The translations under genes and the position numbers were made by a program. From Harriotta raleighana (lineage: Eukaryota): 64,000 nt of DNA. Positions 48,224-62,164 of this stretch are shown here, one piece after another. The notes beneath the pieces are model-generated. The model was not told the DNA's origin, did no database searches, and was given only the letters and a program-made list of their open reading frames with translations. The DNA lies in NCBI GenBank assembly GCA_050575255.1, contig JBNZDD010013726.1, positions 1,280,409 to 1,344,408 on the forward strand. The letters run 5' to 3'. Each line of letters begins with the position of its first letter. Within the stretch, counting starts at the first letter, position 1.

Positions 48224-51200
48224 AAACAAGTGGCTACTGGCCCTACTTCTGAGTCTCTGCTTCCAGTGCACACTGGCTTCCTCTACGTGCTCACTGTACA
48301 TGATAAGCCAGATTTCTAGTGTTAGAAACGCATGTGACAGTGAGCTAGCTGACTGGCTAGGTAGGAAACTTAAAACTTAAAACAAAGATAGAAACCGAAC
48401 TGAAAGATTCGGTAGTTCATATACAGTATGGAATATGCTTTGATGTGAAACAAGGAACCAGTGCAATCAATGGATTGATGTGAATTCAAATACTGTGCGA
48501 GTAAAGCATGTGTAATTTACGGTTGCCATTTGAACCCTAAGATCAGGTTACAGCTTTGAAATCATTCCAGGTATCCAATGATTCAAGGAGCTACTTATAG
48601 TTCTGGAATCTGTACTGTTCATTTTCATTGGCAGCTGCCTTGTGTTGACACCAATTGTTAACACTGCCCAGATTGTGGGTGCAGAATTATCATCACACAG
48701 CAACAACAACTTGCATTTATGCAGCACCCTTCACGCCGGACAGCGTCTCAAGCAACAGAATTATTAAGAAGGAATCTACTGCAGTTGATTTGCAAGGGAA
48801 ACCAACACACCAGTACAAATTGTTAAGTCTCAAATAGCTCTCCTCTCTCTTTCATGCAAAGTTAGCAAACATTTATCAGCTTCTATTTTGCTTCTGATCA
48901 AGAAAGATAACGAATGAGGGAGGGCAACTAAGTATAAAAAGAAGCAGAAACAACATTTGTAATTTAAATGAAATAGAAAATGGTCGTCATGCATAAATGC
49001 TGAAAGCAACTCTTTACAGCTTTTAAACGGTCTAATGAGTTTTATTTTTCCACTCTGTTTACTCTGAGGATTCAACAAGATAATTTCACTATCCTGCAAA
49101 CTTGTCTAGTTTTTTTTTCACGCTTCAAAGGAAAACACATTTTGAAGAGTAATATAGGTTTACTTTCATGGGAACGCTGACAATTGGGACTGCTGTGGTG
49201 CTGAGGGAAATAGTTGTTGCAGGAAGCTGGATTTTTTTTAAAAAGGCACATCTGTTTCCCTGACGCAAGCTACATGTTAAAATATATTAAGGATGATGAT
49301 CAGCATTGCTTTTTTGCTGGCATGTTCTATAGTATTATGACTAAACTGAAGTTGTTTTTTTGAAACCAGTAATTGAATGTGTGGTGAAATACCGCTAATG
49401 AAAGGCTGCTACGTTCAATTATAGAATCAGTTGAAAGAAACAGCACAGAGGTAGTCTTTGTTGGTGATTGTGGCTGCTACCAGATTCTGTAGGTACGTGT
49501 TGTGGTGCTGTTTGAGCAGATCTGCTGAATGAGGATGCCTGCCTTTGTGACTATAGGTAATGCTGCTGGGCATGTTTAAAGATAATGAGTTGTAACAGCA
49601 TGTATTGGAATCAAGTCAGCTGGCTCTCGTTTCTTTTGTGTTTATAGTATTTGCACAGGGTAAATAGCAATGAAGAAATAAGAAGGGTAATTACTTCATT
49701 TGTTGTGTGTGTGTATATAATGTATAATATATATATTGCAAATTTTGATTTTTTTTAATGTCACTTGGAGGCTGAATAACTTTATCCCAGATGGACCAGA
49801 GAGTGAAATTGAGACTGCTAACAGGTTTTCTACATATGTGTTGTGCTACAGTTGTGTGATCAGTCCCATTATTGGGCGATTCATTGATTACAATCTTATC
49901 ATATGTCTATTCTACATAACTTCACATTAATAAGTACAATTTTATTTTGCCGGTTGTTTTTGATTTTCACCTCTCTGCAGTTCTGGATTCTTGGTGGGGT
50001 ATAATTTCACCAATCCCAATCGTACTTCAACCAAAGTGACTGGTCTCCATGTCGGAGCCCAGCCATAGAGCTGCAGAAAACTATTTAAGCCTGGAGGGCA
50101 CCACAATCAAGCCTGGTCTGCCTTCACTCAACATTCATCCACACTGAATAGCAATCTGAAGAGTGAATTAGATCAACAACAACTTGCATTTGTGTAGTGC
50201 CCTTCACACGGAATAGGATCCCAGAGTGCTCAGATCAGTGACATTCTCATCCGTATTGTTTAGCATTACATCACATATTGTCTTTAATCACTGAGCTATT
50301 GGGGAATTGATAGAATTAGAAATGGCAGCTTGGAACTTTCTGTTATATTCTCTGCATTACAAATAATTGTGTTAAAGTCAAGCTCACTTTAATAACCTAT
50401 TGTAAACTCCAAGCAGTGCTTAAGTGTTCTACTACAATAAAAAAAATAGTTTTAGACTATGATGTGGTAACATTTTCATTGGTTTCCTCTGTGGTGGAAG
50501 GGAACAGATATAACTATTTCAATGCAACTTCAGCAGTGGTTTTATCCATGGATGGAAAAAGTGCTTTTGAACATCTTCAAATGTGATATCTTGGTGAAAA
50601 CAAAAGGAAATGGAAGCTTGCCCCAGTACAGGCATGTTAGGTCAAATGGATTCCTTTTCAGTTGTAAATTCAATCTCTAAACCTACCTCTTTGACCAACT
50701 TTGTTCCCACTCCCAACCCCCCACCCCACTCCAGGTACCAAGGCAGGACTGTTGAGCACCTTGAAACATTCTCCCGATGTGAAAGGCTATATAAATTTGT
50801 TTTATATTAGTGTGACTAGTAGGTGAGAAGCAGATCGGAGAGATAGGAGGCACCAGGAAAAGAAGTGATTTCCACATGTATATTTATGATATATAAATAT
50901 ATTTATATAATAAATATAAAACTTCACAAATGGAATTGATTGGAAATGCTCACCATCTTTTGATTTAATCATTGAATTAAGATCACTTGTTTAGTGTTTT
51001 TTTAAAGAACTGACTGAATCATTGTGGAGAAGCGATCAATTCCAGAAATTCCTGCAGTTGATTTTGTGTTTTCTGAAGGGTTGTAGGAATTAGCACAACC
51101 ATCACAATAAATGAAGTACCCCAGTACAAAAGGTCACAATTTAAGGAGACATACCTGGAATCCATATCTTTTCCACAATTATGTTAACCTTAACAATAAA

Positions 51201-53909
51201 ATTAAGTATACTGAACTGGAGGAAGAAATAAACAGCTGGATGTGGACATATACCGAAGTAAATGAACAGTAAATGTGACTTGGCTTAAGCTAATGCAATT
51301 TAAAATAGTCCAAAGGGCAAATGTAACTTCAGCATGTCTGCAGATAATTAAGCCTATGAAGGATGACCAGTGATGGAGATGCTGCTAACAGGGAGAGAAT
51401 CATAAACATGTGTTGTGAGGTTGCCTGGTCATTATCCCCTTTTACCAAATCATTATCCACTCCCCACTCCCTCCCCATATTAAAGTAACTATATTGAGAG
51501 GACTAGAATTGGAGTCGAGTTTCATCCATGTGGAATTTAGATTTCTATTCTTAATTCAAACCAGAGGTATAAAACCCGTACTGCAAAAATAAAGCCGTTC
51601 TCAGCCTCCAGCAATGGTCCTGGATGTGAAAACTGTGTCATGCAGAAGCTCAGAATGGTGTAAAGAGGCACGTATAAAACACAATAGTCTCGTGAGAGAC
51701 AGCCCGAAGATTGTTTTTTAAAAATAACACTTCCCTTGTCCTTTCACCTCAGCCACCTTGTTCTGCTTTATCCCTTCTTTGTACTTGCCATGTGCCCAGC
51801 CAAAAACCAGCCAACTAATTCCTTGAAATAATTATTTTTTTAGCGCTAAATTTAAGCAAAGTAAAACATTTGTACCGACCAATTTATCCTACCCTGCTGT
51901 TCGGTAAACAATGGCATTTTCTTGGTGAAATCCACCTGTCTACACTGGTTCCAAAAGTGTCGCAAACTGGGAGATGTCACATTCCCTGCCATGTGTTGGC
52001 GTTTTGAGTCAGCTCCTTGGAGGTGCAGGAGAGTGACCAGTGTGCCTCACTCAGCTGTCAATGACTGCAGACAGTTGGCTTCACAAAGCATCTCATTTCC
52101 ACTCTTCAATATGAAAAAGTCAATAATGAAACTCATATCTTCCTATTTTTATGCCAACAATTCACTGTGTAACAATTGCCCTTGCAACATTATTGAAAGT
52201 TAACTTCAAAGTACACAGTGAACGCACTTTACAGTAAATCCTGTGAAGCTTTCTGAGGCTTTCTCCCAATATGGAAGGTACTGTATCAAGTACAAGGATT
52301 ATTATTCATCAGTATTATTTTTTAACCACAGTAGCATATTGTCCCCAGATGTCTTTTTTTTTACACAATATCCTGCTTAGGCAGTCCTGAAGGGAAGTTT
52401 TGTAAAGTTATTACAGTATTCTTAAAATTATTCTTAAAGCTCAAGTTTGTAGTGACTCTTTGAGGCATTAATAATAAAGATAATCAACCAATTTCGTATC
52501 ATATAAATCAGTGAGTGAACTGCCCAGTAAATCCTGTTGTCCTATATTTTCGCTAGAAACATTTAATCCATGGTTGACAAAGGGAGTGGGTTTGGTTCAC
52601 GCTTTCTTGTGTTCTTGATACTAATTGCAGACTTTTGCATCTTAATTATATTTCACTTGCATTGGATGGAATTTATTCAACTGAGAATTGAAAGTTATTA
52701 TAGACTTCAAAGTTTCCACAATCACCTCATGGGACTTGTAATTAGTTATAATTACTTTTTTTAAAAAGCACCAAGAAAGCCTTTATACCAGTTTACTCTG
52801 CTGCGGGTCCTGGTCCAATTTAGCAATATTATAGTTTTTTTCTGGAGAGAGCTGCCTGTCCACTTCCATTTACCCACTGAACCATTAAGGAGTCACTCTT
52901 TTAGAGTGAAAACACTGATATTTCCATGCCATCGCTCTTTGCGTCCAGGCTGGAGTTTTTTTTGTGCAATTTTTATGTCAACAAATATCATAGCAGCAAC
53001 ATTTCAGTCATTAAGATACCACAGTGACTGGACTCTTTGAGAAGCCCACAGTGTATCTGAATCACCAAAAGTTCTGTATCAGTTTTCTGCAAAAACATTG
53101 AGGATGAAATGCAGTGTCAGTTCTACAGTTTTCTGCGTTTGGATCCCTTCTCAGAATTTGCCTTATTGAGATTGGTTGAAAGAGCCATTTGTACACTGTC
53201 CTTTGAATATTGGAGGAGAGGGATACATGGGGATTCCCCCAAGCAGGAAATAGCTCACAGTAGTTGTGACTTGTTAAGCCCACAAAGGCCTTCAGTAATC
53301 CAAAGCACTGGCATGTATACTGTATATGTACTGTATATACAAATAAATAAAACCAACACATCCATTGAAGTGCTTATTCAAGTGGTTTAAATAAAATCCA
53401 GGATGTGGACAATCCCTGATATTGTACAACTCTGTGGTTTTGACAAATGGTGTTACTGTTTGCTGAAAATTCTCTGCTGGCAAAACCAAACACAATATGA
53501 AGTCTTTCTATTAAACTTGATTTTCTTTGAGTGTTGAAATGAATATTGATCAGTACTTCCAGTTGTCTAAGATGCAATCTTCTGTTATTTACCTGAAAGA
53601 AAACACAGTGCATAGTATTGACTTACATCACTTATGAAACAATGCCCCTGCCTGTAACTTGCTTTTTTTTAGCATAACTTTGATCTATACATTGTATGTT
53701 CTAAAGAATAGAAAACTACTACGAATGTGTTTAATTCAGCCTTGGGGTGTTCAGTTTAAGCGGTTCATAACGTATAAAAGATATTTTCAATGAGTTACAT
53801 TGAGATCTAACAGCTGGAGCAGTTCCTATTTTTGCACACTCCCAATCTTCCTGTATCCTAGCAGCCCCAAAGAGATTTGTGTCCAATTACAGCATTATTT
53901 TCATTCATT

Positions 53910-54207
53910 TGGACTCCTGTAGTTCAGTGGTTAGAGCTTTACAAGCGTGAGACCAGTGTTCGAATCCAGGCAGGGTGAAACCTTGGGCAAGTTTTCTTAC
54001 TCCATATGCCTAAGAATAATCCCCCCCCACCAAAAAAAAATTGGTCACTTCAATCCACGACTGTTTGTGGGATACTGCTATACGCAACTGGCTGCCGCGT
54101 TTTGCCCACAAATATACACTTTATTGTATATTCTGTGAAGCTCTTTCAGACACCTATATAACACCGACACCGCTATATCAAATACTGTACAAGGATTATT
54201 ATTATTA
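53910..54207 (+). mobile_element. tRNA/Deu SINE
   Basis: TGGACTCCTGTAGTTCAGTGGTTAGAGC...GTTCGAATCCAGGCAGGG...CAAGGATTATTATTATT. Confidence 0.88.
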
Positions 54208-56319
54208 GTATTGTAAAAGCCAATCTGCCTTTGCCTGAAAAATGAGTCTTGCCTTAACTGACTAGAAAATGTTTCTATGACTCACCTTCAATATGTATTT
54301 ACGGAGTACATCGTGCATTGTGAGATGAGATGAGAGACCACCACTGAGATTTAAGAATAGCAGTGAAGTTTGAATTTCGCATATAGTAACAGACAAATGG
54401 TCATTGTCTAATTTCAATGGTATTAGGACTAATCATACCGATCATAGAATATGATAATGAGGGGGCAAATTATTTCTGTTTCTTTTTTTCTTCAAATGAA
54501 AGATTATTATTTCTATTTTGTTTTCTGCATTATATTTTATTCTGCTAACTCAAATATCCAGCAGGCTAGCATCCAAACCATGTACAAACCAGTGGATTTA
54601 TGGAAGCTTACTCTGTGCCAATATCCTGTGAAAATTGTTGCAGTGGGTAATCACAGCAGTGCGTCTCAATGCTGCTATTATTAATCATATCTAATCAAGT
54701 TTGTTGTACTGTACTCAGTCCAAAGTGGAAGGTTTGTTCTCTATCGCATTGGATTATATCAATGCAGGATACAATGGGAACAATGTCTGATAACTGAAAA
54801 GTTATTGGGATTCTTAAAAAAAAAACGTCTACAATTCCTCCCCATCACAATCAATTGTATTGGGCCATTGGTCAACAGTAACTTAAAGGTATTCAACTGT
54901 TTGACTCAGACTGTTGAATTAACTCTGGTGTTTACAGCATGAGTAAGTGGAGTATTGGGAAATGTTGAATCATCAAATTGTTCAGGTTGCGAATGTGTGC
55001 TCAGAGATACTTTATATCTGATTAACAATGATTAATGAAATGTCACAGTGCTCCGATCATTAGCTGATACCAAACACTCTTGGTTGTAACTGTGTTGTAT
55101 TACTGTCCACTCTAATTCAGCCATCTCCAAAATATTGTACATCTTTGAAAATGCCCCAGCACGCAGGAGACATAATAATGTGTAAATGGCTTTCTTCTTT
55201 CCAATCTGGTTATGAGAGTAAATTCATGGAAGAATCACAGACTTCAAAAATGATTTGTGTCCGTTGGTTAAATGTGAAGCTTGAAAAAGTGCAGCACAAA
55301 TCATCATCTGAATCTTGATTTAAACAGCAGTTTTCTAAACTTGACGTTCAGTACACAGACATAAATCACAAGAGCAGCATCACTGCTTAAATATAGTCAA
55401 GACACAATGGTATAATATAACTGGAAAATTCATTTAATTCATCTTCCTCCTTTAGTCATGCTGCTCAGCTTTACTATATCTAGATTTAGCTGTTTCAACT
55501 ATCAGGGAAAATAGTGTCTGCAGGCATAACAGCTGAAATTAGTTTTCACTAGTCACCCTAGACTTAAGACGCCACAATAATTGAGTTTTCAATAACAAGA
55601 TAAATATCCCATTATAATTGAAGTGTACAGTGTTTCTGACTTAAATAATACTGGAGCACTCAGTCATTACGAATACAGGAGGTGAAGGTTATGCAGAGGT
55701 TTGAGAGTAAGAACACTGTGATCTCTGCATTTTTCAACAAATTTTGTGAAGTATTACAGCTTCAGAGATCCTTTGTGCTCAGATTGATTCATTAAGATAA
55801 ATGAAAGGAATCAAAATGAAAGAATGGCATGTATAAAGAAGATGTATGTAAAACCTGAAAGAGAAAACTACTGTAAAATCATTCATACTTCCAGGACCTC
55901 ATTGACAACAGCCCATTTCTCCTTGTTCTACTTTTCTGTCTCTTATCTGTCTGGATATGTCTCTCTAAGCTTCACTATAGCACTGCAGTTCTTGTCTCCG
56001 TTATAACACTGATGAGAGGAAATACAGCCAAGAGCTTTTGAAAGAAGATAGCCTTCCTTTTTAGGCGGTGAAATGCTTAATATGTATAATTAATGAATGT
56101 AGAAACCCTGTGATTTGAAGCAATGAATTCTGGTAATATTTAAACTAAATTTTACTGACCATATGGTTCTCTGAATGTCTGTATCCAATTAATTATAGAT
56201 AGGGCTGCTGCCTTTAGACCTATATCAGTATTTAGAGGTAAAGATAAATATTACTACTTCAATATATTTGGCACAAGATTGTGCATACAGCAGATGTCAG
56301 TTCCAATTGCTTTAGATTG

Positions 56320-56611
56320 CAATACAAATTATATTTGTACAGTGTCTTTCATGTCGAGAGGATGTCCCAAGGCTCTGGACAGTTGGGGATTTGGACAGTC
56401 TGAGGTGACAAGATTTGGGAGGGTGGAGGGCAGGGAGAGTAGCCAAAGGCTCAGTCAAAGATGAGGGTTTTGAGAGGTATCTTGAAAGAAGGAAGGGAGG
56501 GAACGTGGCAAAGGGAATGTGGGTGAAGTTCCATAGGATGGGGGTAGAAAGGCTGAAGGTCCAACCACCAATGGTGGAAGAGGTCAGGCGGGATACATGA
56601 AACACACCAGA
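56320..56611 (-). mobile_element. L2 3' fragment
   Basis: Tail hairpin at the left; minus-strand translation TIGGWTFSLSTPILWNF (cf. GGRAFS..AP.LWNSLP). Confidence 0.75.
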
Positions 56612-57395
56612 GCCTGTTTCAAATATATATTTTTGTTAAAACAGAGATTTCAATCTGACTCCATAACTGCACCCATACATGGTGTATCACATGTTTTGGA
56701 TTGACTGAATTTTTAAACATACATTTGTGGTATTCCCTCGCTCAGGTTACCTCACTTCACATGTATAAGTTGTAAATAAAGGAAAAGTTAATTTGAAATG
56801 TAATGTAATGATGCATGTTGCAGAAGCACTAAGGCAGTGTTAACATTAAGGGTCACAGTGTTGCAGCAACTTGTAAAAAGGGTCAAACGTAGAAACATTC
56901 ACTGGAGTTATTGTGGTAATTTTTGCATAAACAGTAGACATGTTCTGAAGACAGTGTGCATTGTCATGAGTGATAGGTGAAGGAAAGGATATTTGGAATG
57001 AAGGCTAATGTGAAAACAGAGAGAAAAAAATTTGAGTAAAGGAAAAATTAATACGAACAGTGTGCCAAAACACTGAGATTATGTTAAAAACAGCATGTCA
57101 AACAGCAGACAAAATGTACATGTGTTGAAGTGAGAGTTCAACTGGAAAAGCTTTTCACAAGATTGATTTGGATGAAGAAGGACTTTTGTTTGTGGCATGG
57201 CCAATAATTTTGGAAGTGTGACATTGTCTCACCAAATTGTGGCAAGGAGAATAAGTGACATGAATGAACATGTGAATATGAACTCAGGATATTCATTGAA
57301 AAATGTCTAGACAAGAGCACTAACATTAATAATATCAGTCACCTATTAATTTTCATCAGAATCATTAATGAAAATATTGTGGTTCACAAAGAATT

Positions 57396-57455
57396 ACTTG
57401 AGGACATCCTCCCGACATGAAAGGTGATCTATAAATGTAATTTTTTGTTGTTGTT
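57396..57455 (+). mobile_element. L2 tail-only insertion
   Basis: GGACATCCTCCCGACATGAAAGGTGATCTATAAATGTAATTTTTTGTTGTTGTTG. Confidence 0.7.
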
Positions 57456-57584
57456 GAGTTAATTCCTCTGAAAACTGCCTGGTCTTCTGTCATGCAAATG
57501 TAAGTTAAGTAAAATAATTTCATTATATGTAGATTTTGAGTGGATTGTATGAAAATTGTTTTATACATTCTTGAATTTATATTG

Positions 57585-57883
57585 AACAATAATTCTTGCA
57601 TATGAAATAATGCTTCTAGACATCTCAAAGTGCTTCATAGAATATACAGGAAAGTGAATTGACGGTACTTTTGTGGGCGAAATGCAGCAGCCGATTGCAT
57701 ACAGCAATGGCCCACAAACTGTCGTATATTAAAATGACCAATTTATTATTTTTGTTGAGAGATTATTATTAGGCATGTGGAGTAAGGAAATTTGCCGAAG
57801 GTTTCGCCCTGACCTGCCTGGAATTGAACCCAGGTCTCTCGTTTTTAAGACAATTGCTCCTACCACTGAGCTGCACGGCTCCA
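57585..57883 (-). mobile_element. tRNA/Deu SINE
   Basis: AATAATTCTTGCAT...GGAATTGAACCCAGGTCTCTC...CCACTGAGCTGCACGGCTCCA. Confidence 0.85.
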
Positions 57884-58464
57884 CATTTATTCAAAAGTAT
57901 CTTTATTGTATTCCTTTGTTAGTTTTTACACTTATGGATTAATCTGTTTAGGTTATTTTGAGCATTCTCGCATTTGAACATTTGTTGTATTTAATTCCAT
58001 TTGAGATGATTGTTATTATTAACACAGTGACATAATTTAAAACAAAGGATTTCTATATGATTCTTTATGTTCCTGGAAGGGGAAAAATACAAAATATTCC
58101 TGATGCGGTCCCCTGAAGTCTCTCACATGACAAATCCGTCCCTCAATGCCAAAAAGGTTGGACCACCCTTCCCTAAATCATCAATTTATTTTGTGGAACA
58201 AATTACTGTTTATCTTAGTTTATCTGTGTTTGTGAAAGTGAGCATTCCCCCCAGGGAGCTGTTTGCACTGGAGAGTTCAATGGTAATGAACAAATGTCTT
58301 TGAACCATCTGAGATTGAGAATTATAGGGAAATAATTTACATGGTTTGATTTAGGAATTACAAGGATTTTGTTTTCGAAAAAATCAGAAGGAATGAATTG
58401 CAAAAAATGAGTGTAATGTAAAACAGGTGACCTCTTGGAATCTATATTATCCATGACTAAAGAT

Positions 58465-58713
58465 AGTCAGAAGGTTGTGGGTTCAAGCTTCAAGTAGGAG
58501 CTTTGAACTTGTACATTCTGGGTAAGGTTTTGCCCAAGGTTTCGCCCTGACCAGGCTGGATTCGAACACAGGTCTCACACTTGTAAGATGAGTGCTCTAA
58601 CCACTGAGCTGCAGAATTCCATAAGATGCCCATATCTACCTTCTTTTAGCGCCTTGGGACATCCTCCCAACGTGAAAGGTGCTTTATAAGTGTAATTTTG
58701 TTGTTGTTGTTGT
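58465..58713. mobile_element. Cluster: SacSINE1-like head (+, 58465-58512), SINE head (-, 58522-58621), L2 tail (+, 58648-58713)
   Basis: AGTCAGAAGGTTGTGGGTTCAAG; GGATTCGAACACAGG..CTAACCACTGAGC; AGCGCCTTGGGACATCCTCCCAACGTGAAAGG..(GTT)n. Confidence 0.7.
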
Positions 58714-59848
58714 TCCATCAACTTTCTTAAGTTATTCTAGTGTCCTGGTGTCAGCTATCCTTCAAGCAAACCTATTCTAGCTTTGAATTAAATACTTTCT
58801 GGGGTTAGTCTAAAATTTGCCCTTCACATCGCTGAACCTGTGCTCTCTTGCCCTATTACCTAGGCATATCTGAAAGAATAAACACAACAGAAGAAGCCTT
58901 TTAAGTTGTATTTCTAATTCATGTAAACTATATCAGTCATTTTATGAAAAAACACTGAAATATTAGTGGAAGTAAATGTGTTATTGCTTAGCTTCTCAAA
59001 CACTGGAACCTTTAATCTTCTCATATTAACTTTAACTCATGGCCGCATACTAATTGAGAGTACATCACCGGATGCAAAAGTCAAGAATATTATGCATTTG
59101 TTACGCTAGCAGAAGGGGAAGAAGCTCAGGATAGTATAGTACAATGCAAATTGTAAAGAAAGTCAAGTGCCAAATAATCAGAATTATTGTCATGGTAACA
59201 TTTATACTCTTGTATTTCTGATAGGAAATTATATGAACCATTATTCATGATTTGTAAGAAAACGGTTAACAGTGCATCCTTCTGTCTCTAATTGTTCTCT
59301 TCTCCTTCATAGAGTCTCAGTATTCTTTGTTTGGAGTGTGTGTTTGTGCAGTATGTGCGTGCACGCTCTCACTAATGTAAAAATGAATGATGTGGGGTTT
59401 TGCAAAAGGTTGCAACCTTTAGGCCCATAATTGCCATCTGTAATGCATTTTATTTTGTCACACAAAGAGGTCATGGTCGTTAGTAAATATTTCACAGCAC
59501 TTATTAAATGGGTGCTTCGGGCTTTGATTTACATAGTGCTCTTCAGAAAACTACTATGCTCTATTTGCCTTAATGGAGAACAATTCATATTGTGGTTGTA
59601 CTGCTGGGAGCCCAGTGGCAATGTAAAGAGATAGTGTGGAAAGCACCTTTCTACATTGCTTTCAATTGTGCTGGAGGCAAAACAAATTCCTGAATTTGAC
59701 GTTTTGAGGCATATGTGCAGAACGGTAAAGGTGTGTTTAGTGTGTAACATAGAAGCTGGATCTAATTATTTGGTAGGACTAACTTTAGTTTATTTCTGAA
59801 AGCAGAGAAAAATATTCCTCTTCCTTCCACTTTGTTATCCATTATTGA

Positions 59849-60055
59849 TGTCTCAAATAATGATCCCTCAAAAAAAAAAAAAAATTGGTCAATTTAATCC
59901 AGCACTGTTTGTGGGACACTGCTGAGCACAATTGGCTGCCGTGTTTCACCCAAAAAATATACAGTTAATTCATTTTACAGTATATTCTGTGAAGCACTAG
60001 AGACATCCAGAAGACATGAAAAGCACTACATCAAATGCAAGGATTGTTATTATTG
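59849..60055 (+). mobile_element. 5'-truncated tRNA/Deu SINE
   Basis: GGGACACTGCTGAGCACAATTGGCTGCCGTGTTTC...AAATGCAAGGATTGTTATTATT. Confidence 0.85.
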
Positions 60056-61629
60056 TCAAAGGGACAGTCGTTTGATTGGAGTTGCAATAATATTTAGAAA
60101 AATGCAAAGACAGCAACCAATTTGCTCGCAATAATCAATTTTGTTTGGGGGATTGTGAGCCAAAGAGCCAGGAAAAGAGGAAAGAGCTTGAATAGTGTCA
60201 TGGGACCTTTAACATCCACCTAAACAGGTTGGGACCTCGACTTGACTTTGCCTCCATCCTAAATCACAATGAAATGCATTTTGTGGTCAATTGTTGCAAA
60301 CCACATCAACCTGCGAAACACAAAGATAGTTTTGAGCAACAGTTACTTTAGACCAAAAAGGGGCAGTTTTCTCTTTGTTGGATCACAAAAGGTTAAATGT
60401 ACATGGCTAAAATTTTAACTGCTGGGCTGTAAACTTCCATGGCAAGCAACCCTCCTATTAAACCTTTCTATGAACAAATGAGCATGGATATACTACTTGA
60501 TGTTATTTTAACATCCCGGTCGCAATATGGAATTGTTTTGCATTCTGAAAAACTCTAGAAATATTAAACCATATTTATTTATTTTAGTAACACAAATAGT
60601 ATTAAAACTGAACTTGAAGACCAAGGAGGTTTGTAAATTGGAGACATTCTTTGAAATGATCGCCAGATTTTTTTTTAATGTGTGATGCCTGCAGTTTGTA
60701 TTTTGCCTCTGGCTGAATCAGTAAAGACTCCAGAGAGTTTCCTGCAAGTCTGTGCCATTAACACAGACATCCTGCAATGCTCCGCCATTGACATTGGGGT
60801 TAATTAAATATATTTCTCCATCAATTTTTATTCAAGATTATTGATGGCGATTAGGTGTATGACAATGTGGCGAAAAAGGTCTTAGCTCACCAATACATTT
60901 TTGATTGCTTGTTTTTTTTCATAATGTAATATTTTTTATAATGTGCTAACCACACAGAGTTCCGGAATAATCAGCCGGGTAAGAGCTATAGTAACATTTT
61001 TCCAGTGAGTTTTGTGCAGTACCAGAAAATTACTTCTGAATTAGAGTCATTTTTTGGCATTTGGCAGGTTTTGGTCCCATTCTGTAGGTCAGTTGTCCTG
61101 AGGATAATTTTCCACATCATCTGTGTCTGTGAAGCAGTCCACAACTAGTCGTTTTTAATAGGATTGCAAATTACTTAAAGGCTATAAAGCTTGGAGACAT
61201 CAGGGTGGGCATAATGTTCTGAACCAATTAGATACAGTAAAAGGATTTCAGTATTTGCTGGTTGGCTCGTGGTTCGCTCTGTAAACGTTGCTGTTTCCCA
61301 TTGTAACCTTTACGGAAACATACTGAACTTGCCTCTTGGTAAATTACTGTCTCATAGCATGTACTGCTTGAGGCACTCTTATTAATAGGGAAACTGCCGA
61401 AAAGCATCCAGTGAGTTACCTAACCCTGTATACAGGATTCTCTGATCATAACTTATCATACCCTCTTCAAATACAACAAGAAGTTGCATTTATATGTTGC
61501 CCTTCATGCGGGGCAGAGTCTCAGAGCGCTTGAATAGAAATATTAAACATAGAAATATGTTAATCTATGATTGGTAACAATATATTGGAATCTCTGAAGC
61601 ACCACTTCTTGTAATACATTGCTTAAGCT

Positions 61630-62164
61630 ATCACTATAATGGTTAGAGCACTCACTTTACAAACAAGAGGCCTGGGTTTGATTCCAGGCAGGGTGAAACC
61701 TTGGGCAAGTTTCCTTATTCCACTTGCCTGATAATAATCCCTCAAGAAAAAATACAATAATAAATTGCTCATTTCAATCCAGGACTGTTTGTGAGACACT
61801 GCTGCGTTTCGTCTACAGATATACAGTCAATTCACTTTACAATATATTCTGTGAAGCGCTTTGAGACAACAACAACAAAATTACACTTGTATAGCGCCTT
61901 TTACATCTGGATAGTCATTGTTCCAGACCCAACCTGGGACCTAGGATAGGGAAGGTGGAGGGAAAGGGGTGGATTTGGCATGACCAATGGGACTGTTGAA
62001 GAGGAGGGTCTTGAGGCGGGACTTGAAGGATGCCAGGGAGGGGGCGACATGGAGGGACTGCAGAATGGAGTTCCAGTGGTTAGGGGCAGAGTGCCTGAAG
62101 GCTCTTTCTAGAAGACGTGAACAGTGCTATATCAAATGCAATGATTATTATTATCATTATTATT
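61630..62164 (+). mobile_element. tRNA/Deu SINE interrupted by an antisense L2 fragment
   Basis: SINE runs to ...GCGCTTTGAGAC (61867) and resumes at TCTAGAAGACGTG (62107). Confidence 0.85.
61868..62106 (-). mobile_element. Nested L2 3' fragment
   Basis: AACAACAACAAAATTACACTTGTATAGCGCC tail; GAAGAGGAGGGTCTTGAGG...GAGGGACTGCAGAATGGAGTTCCA is complementary to 23810-23910. Confidence 0.85.
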
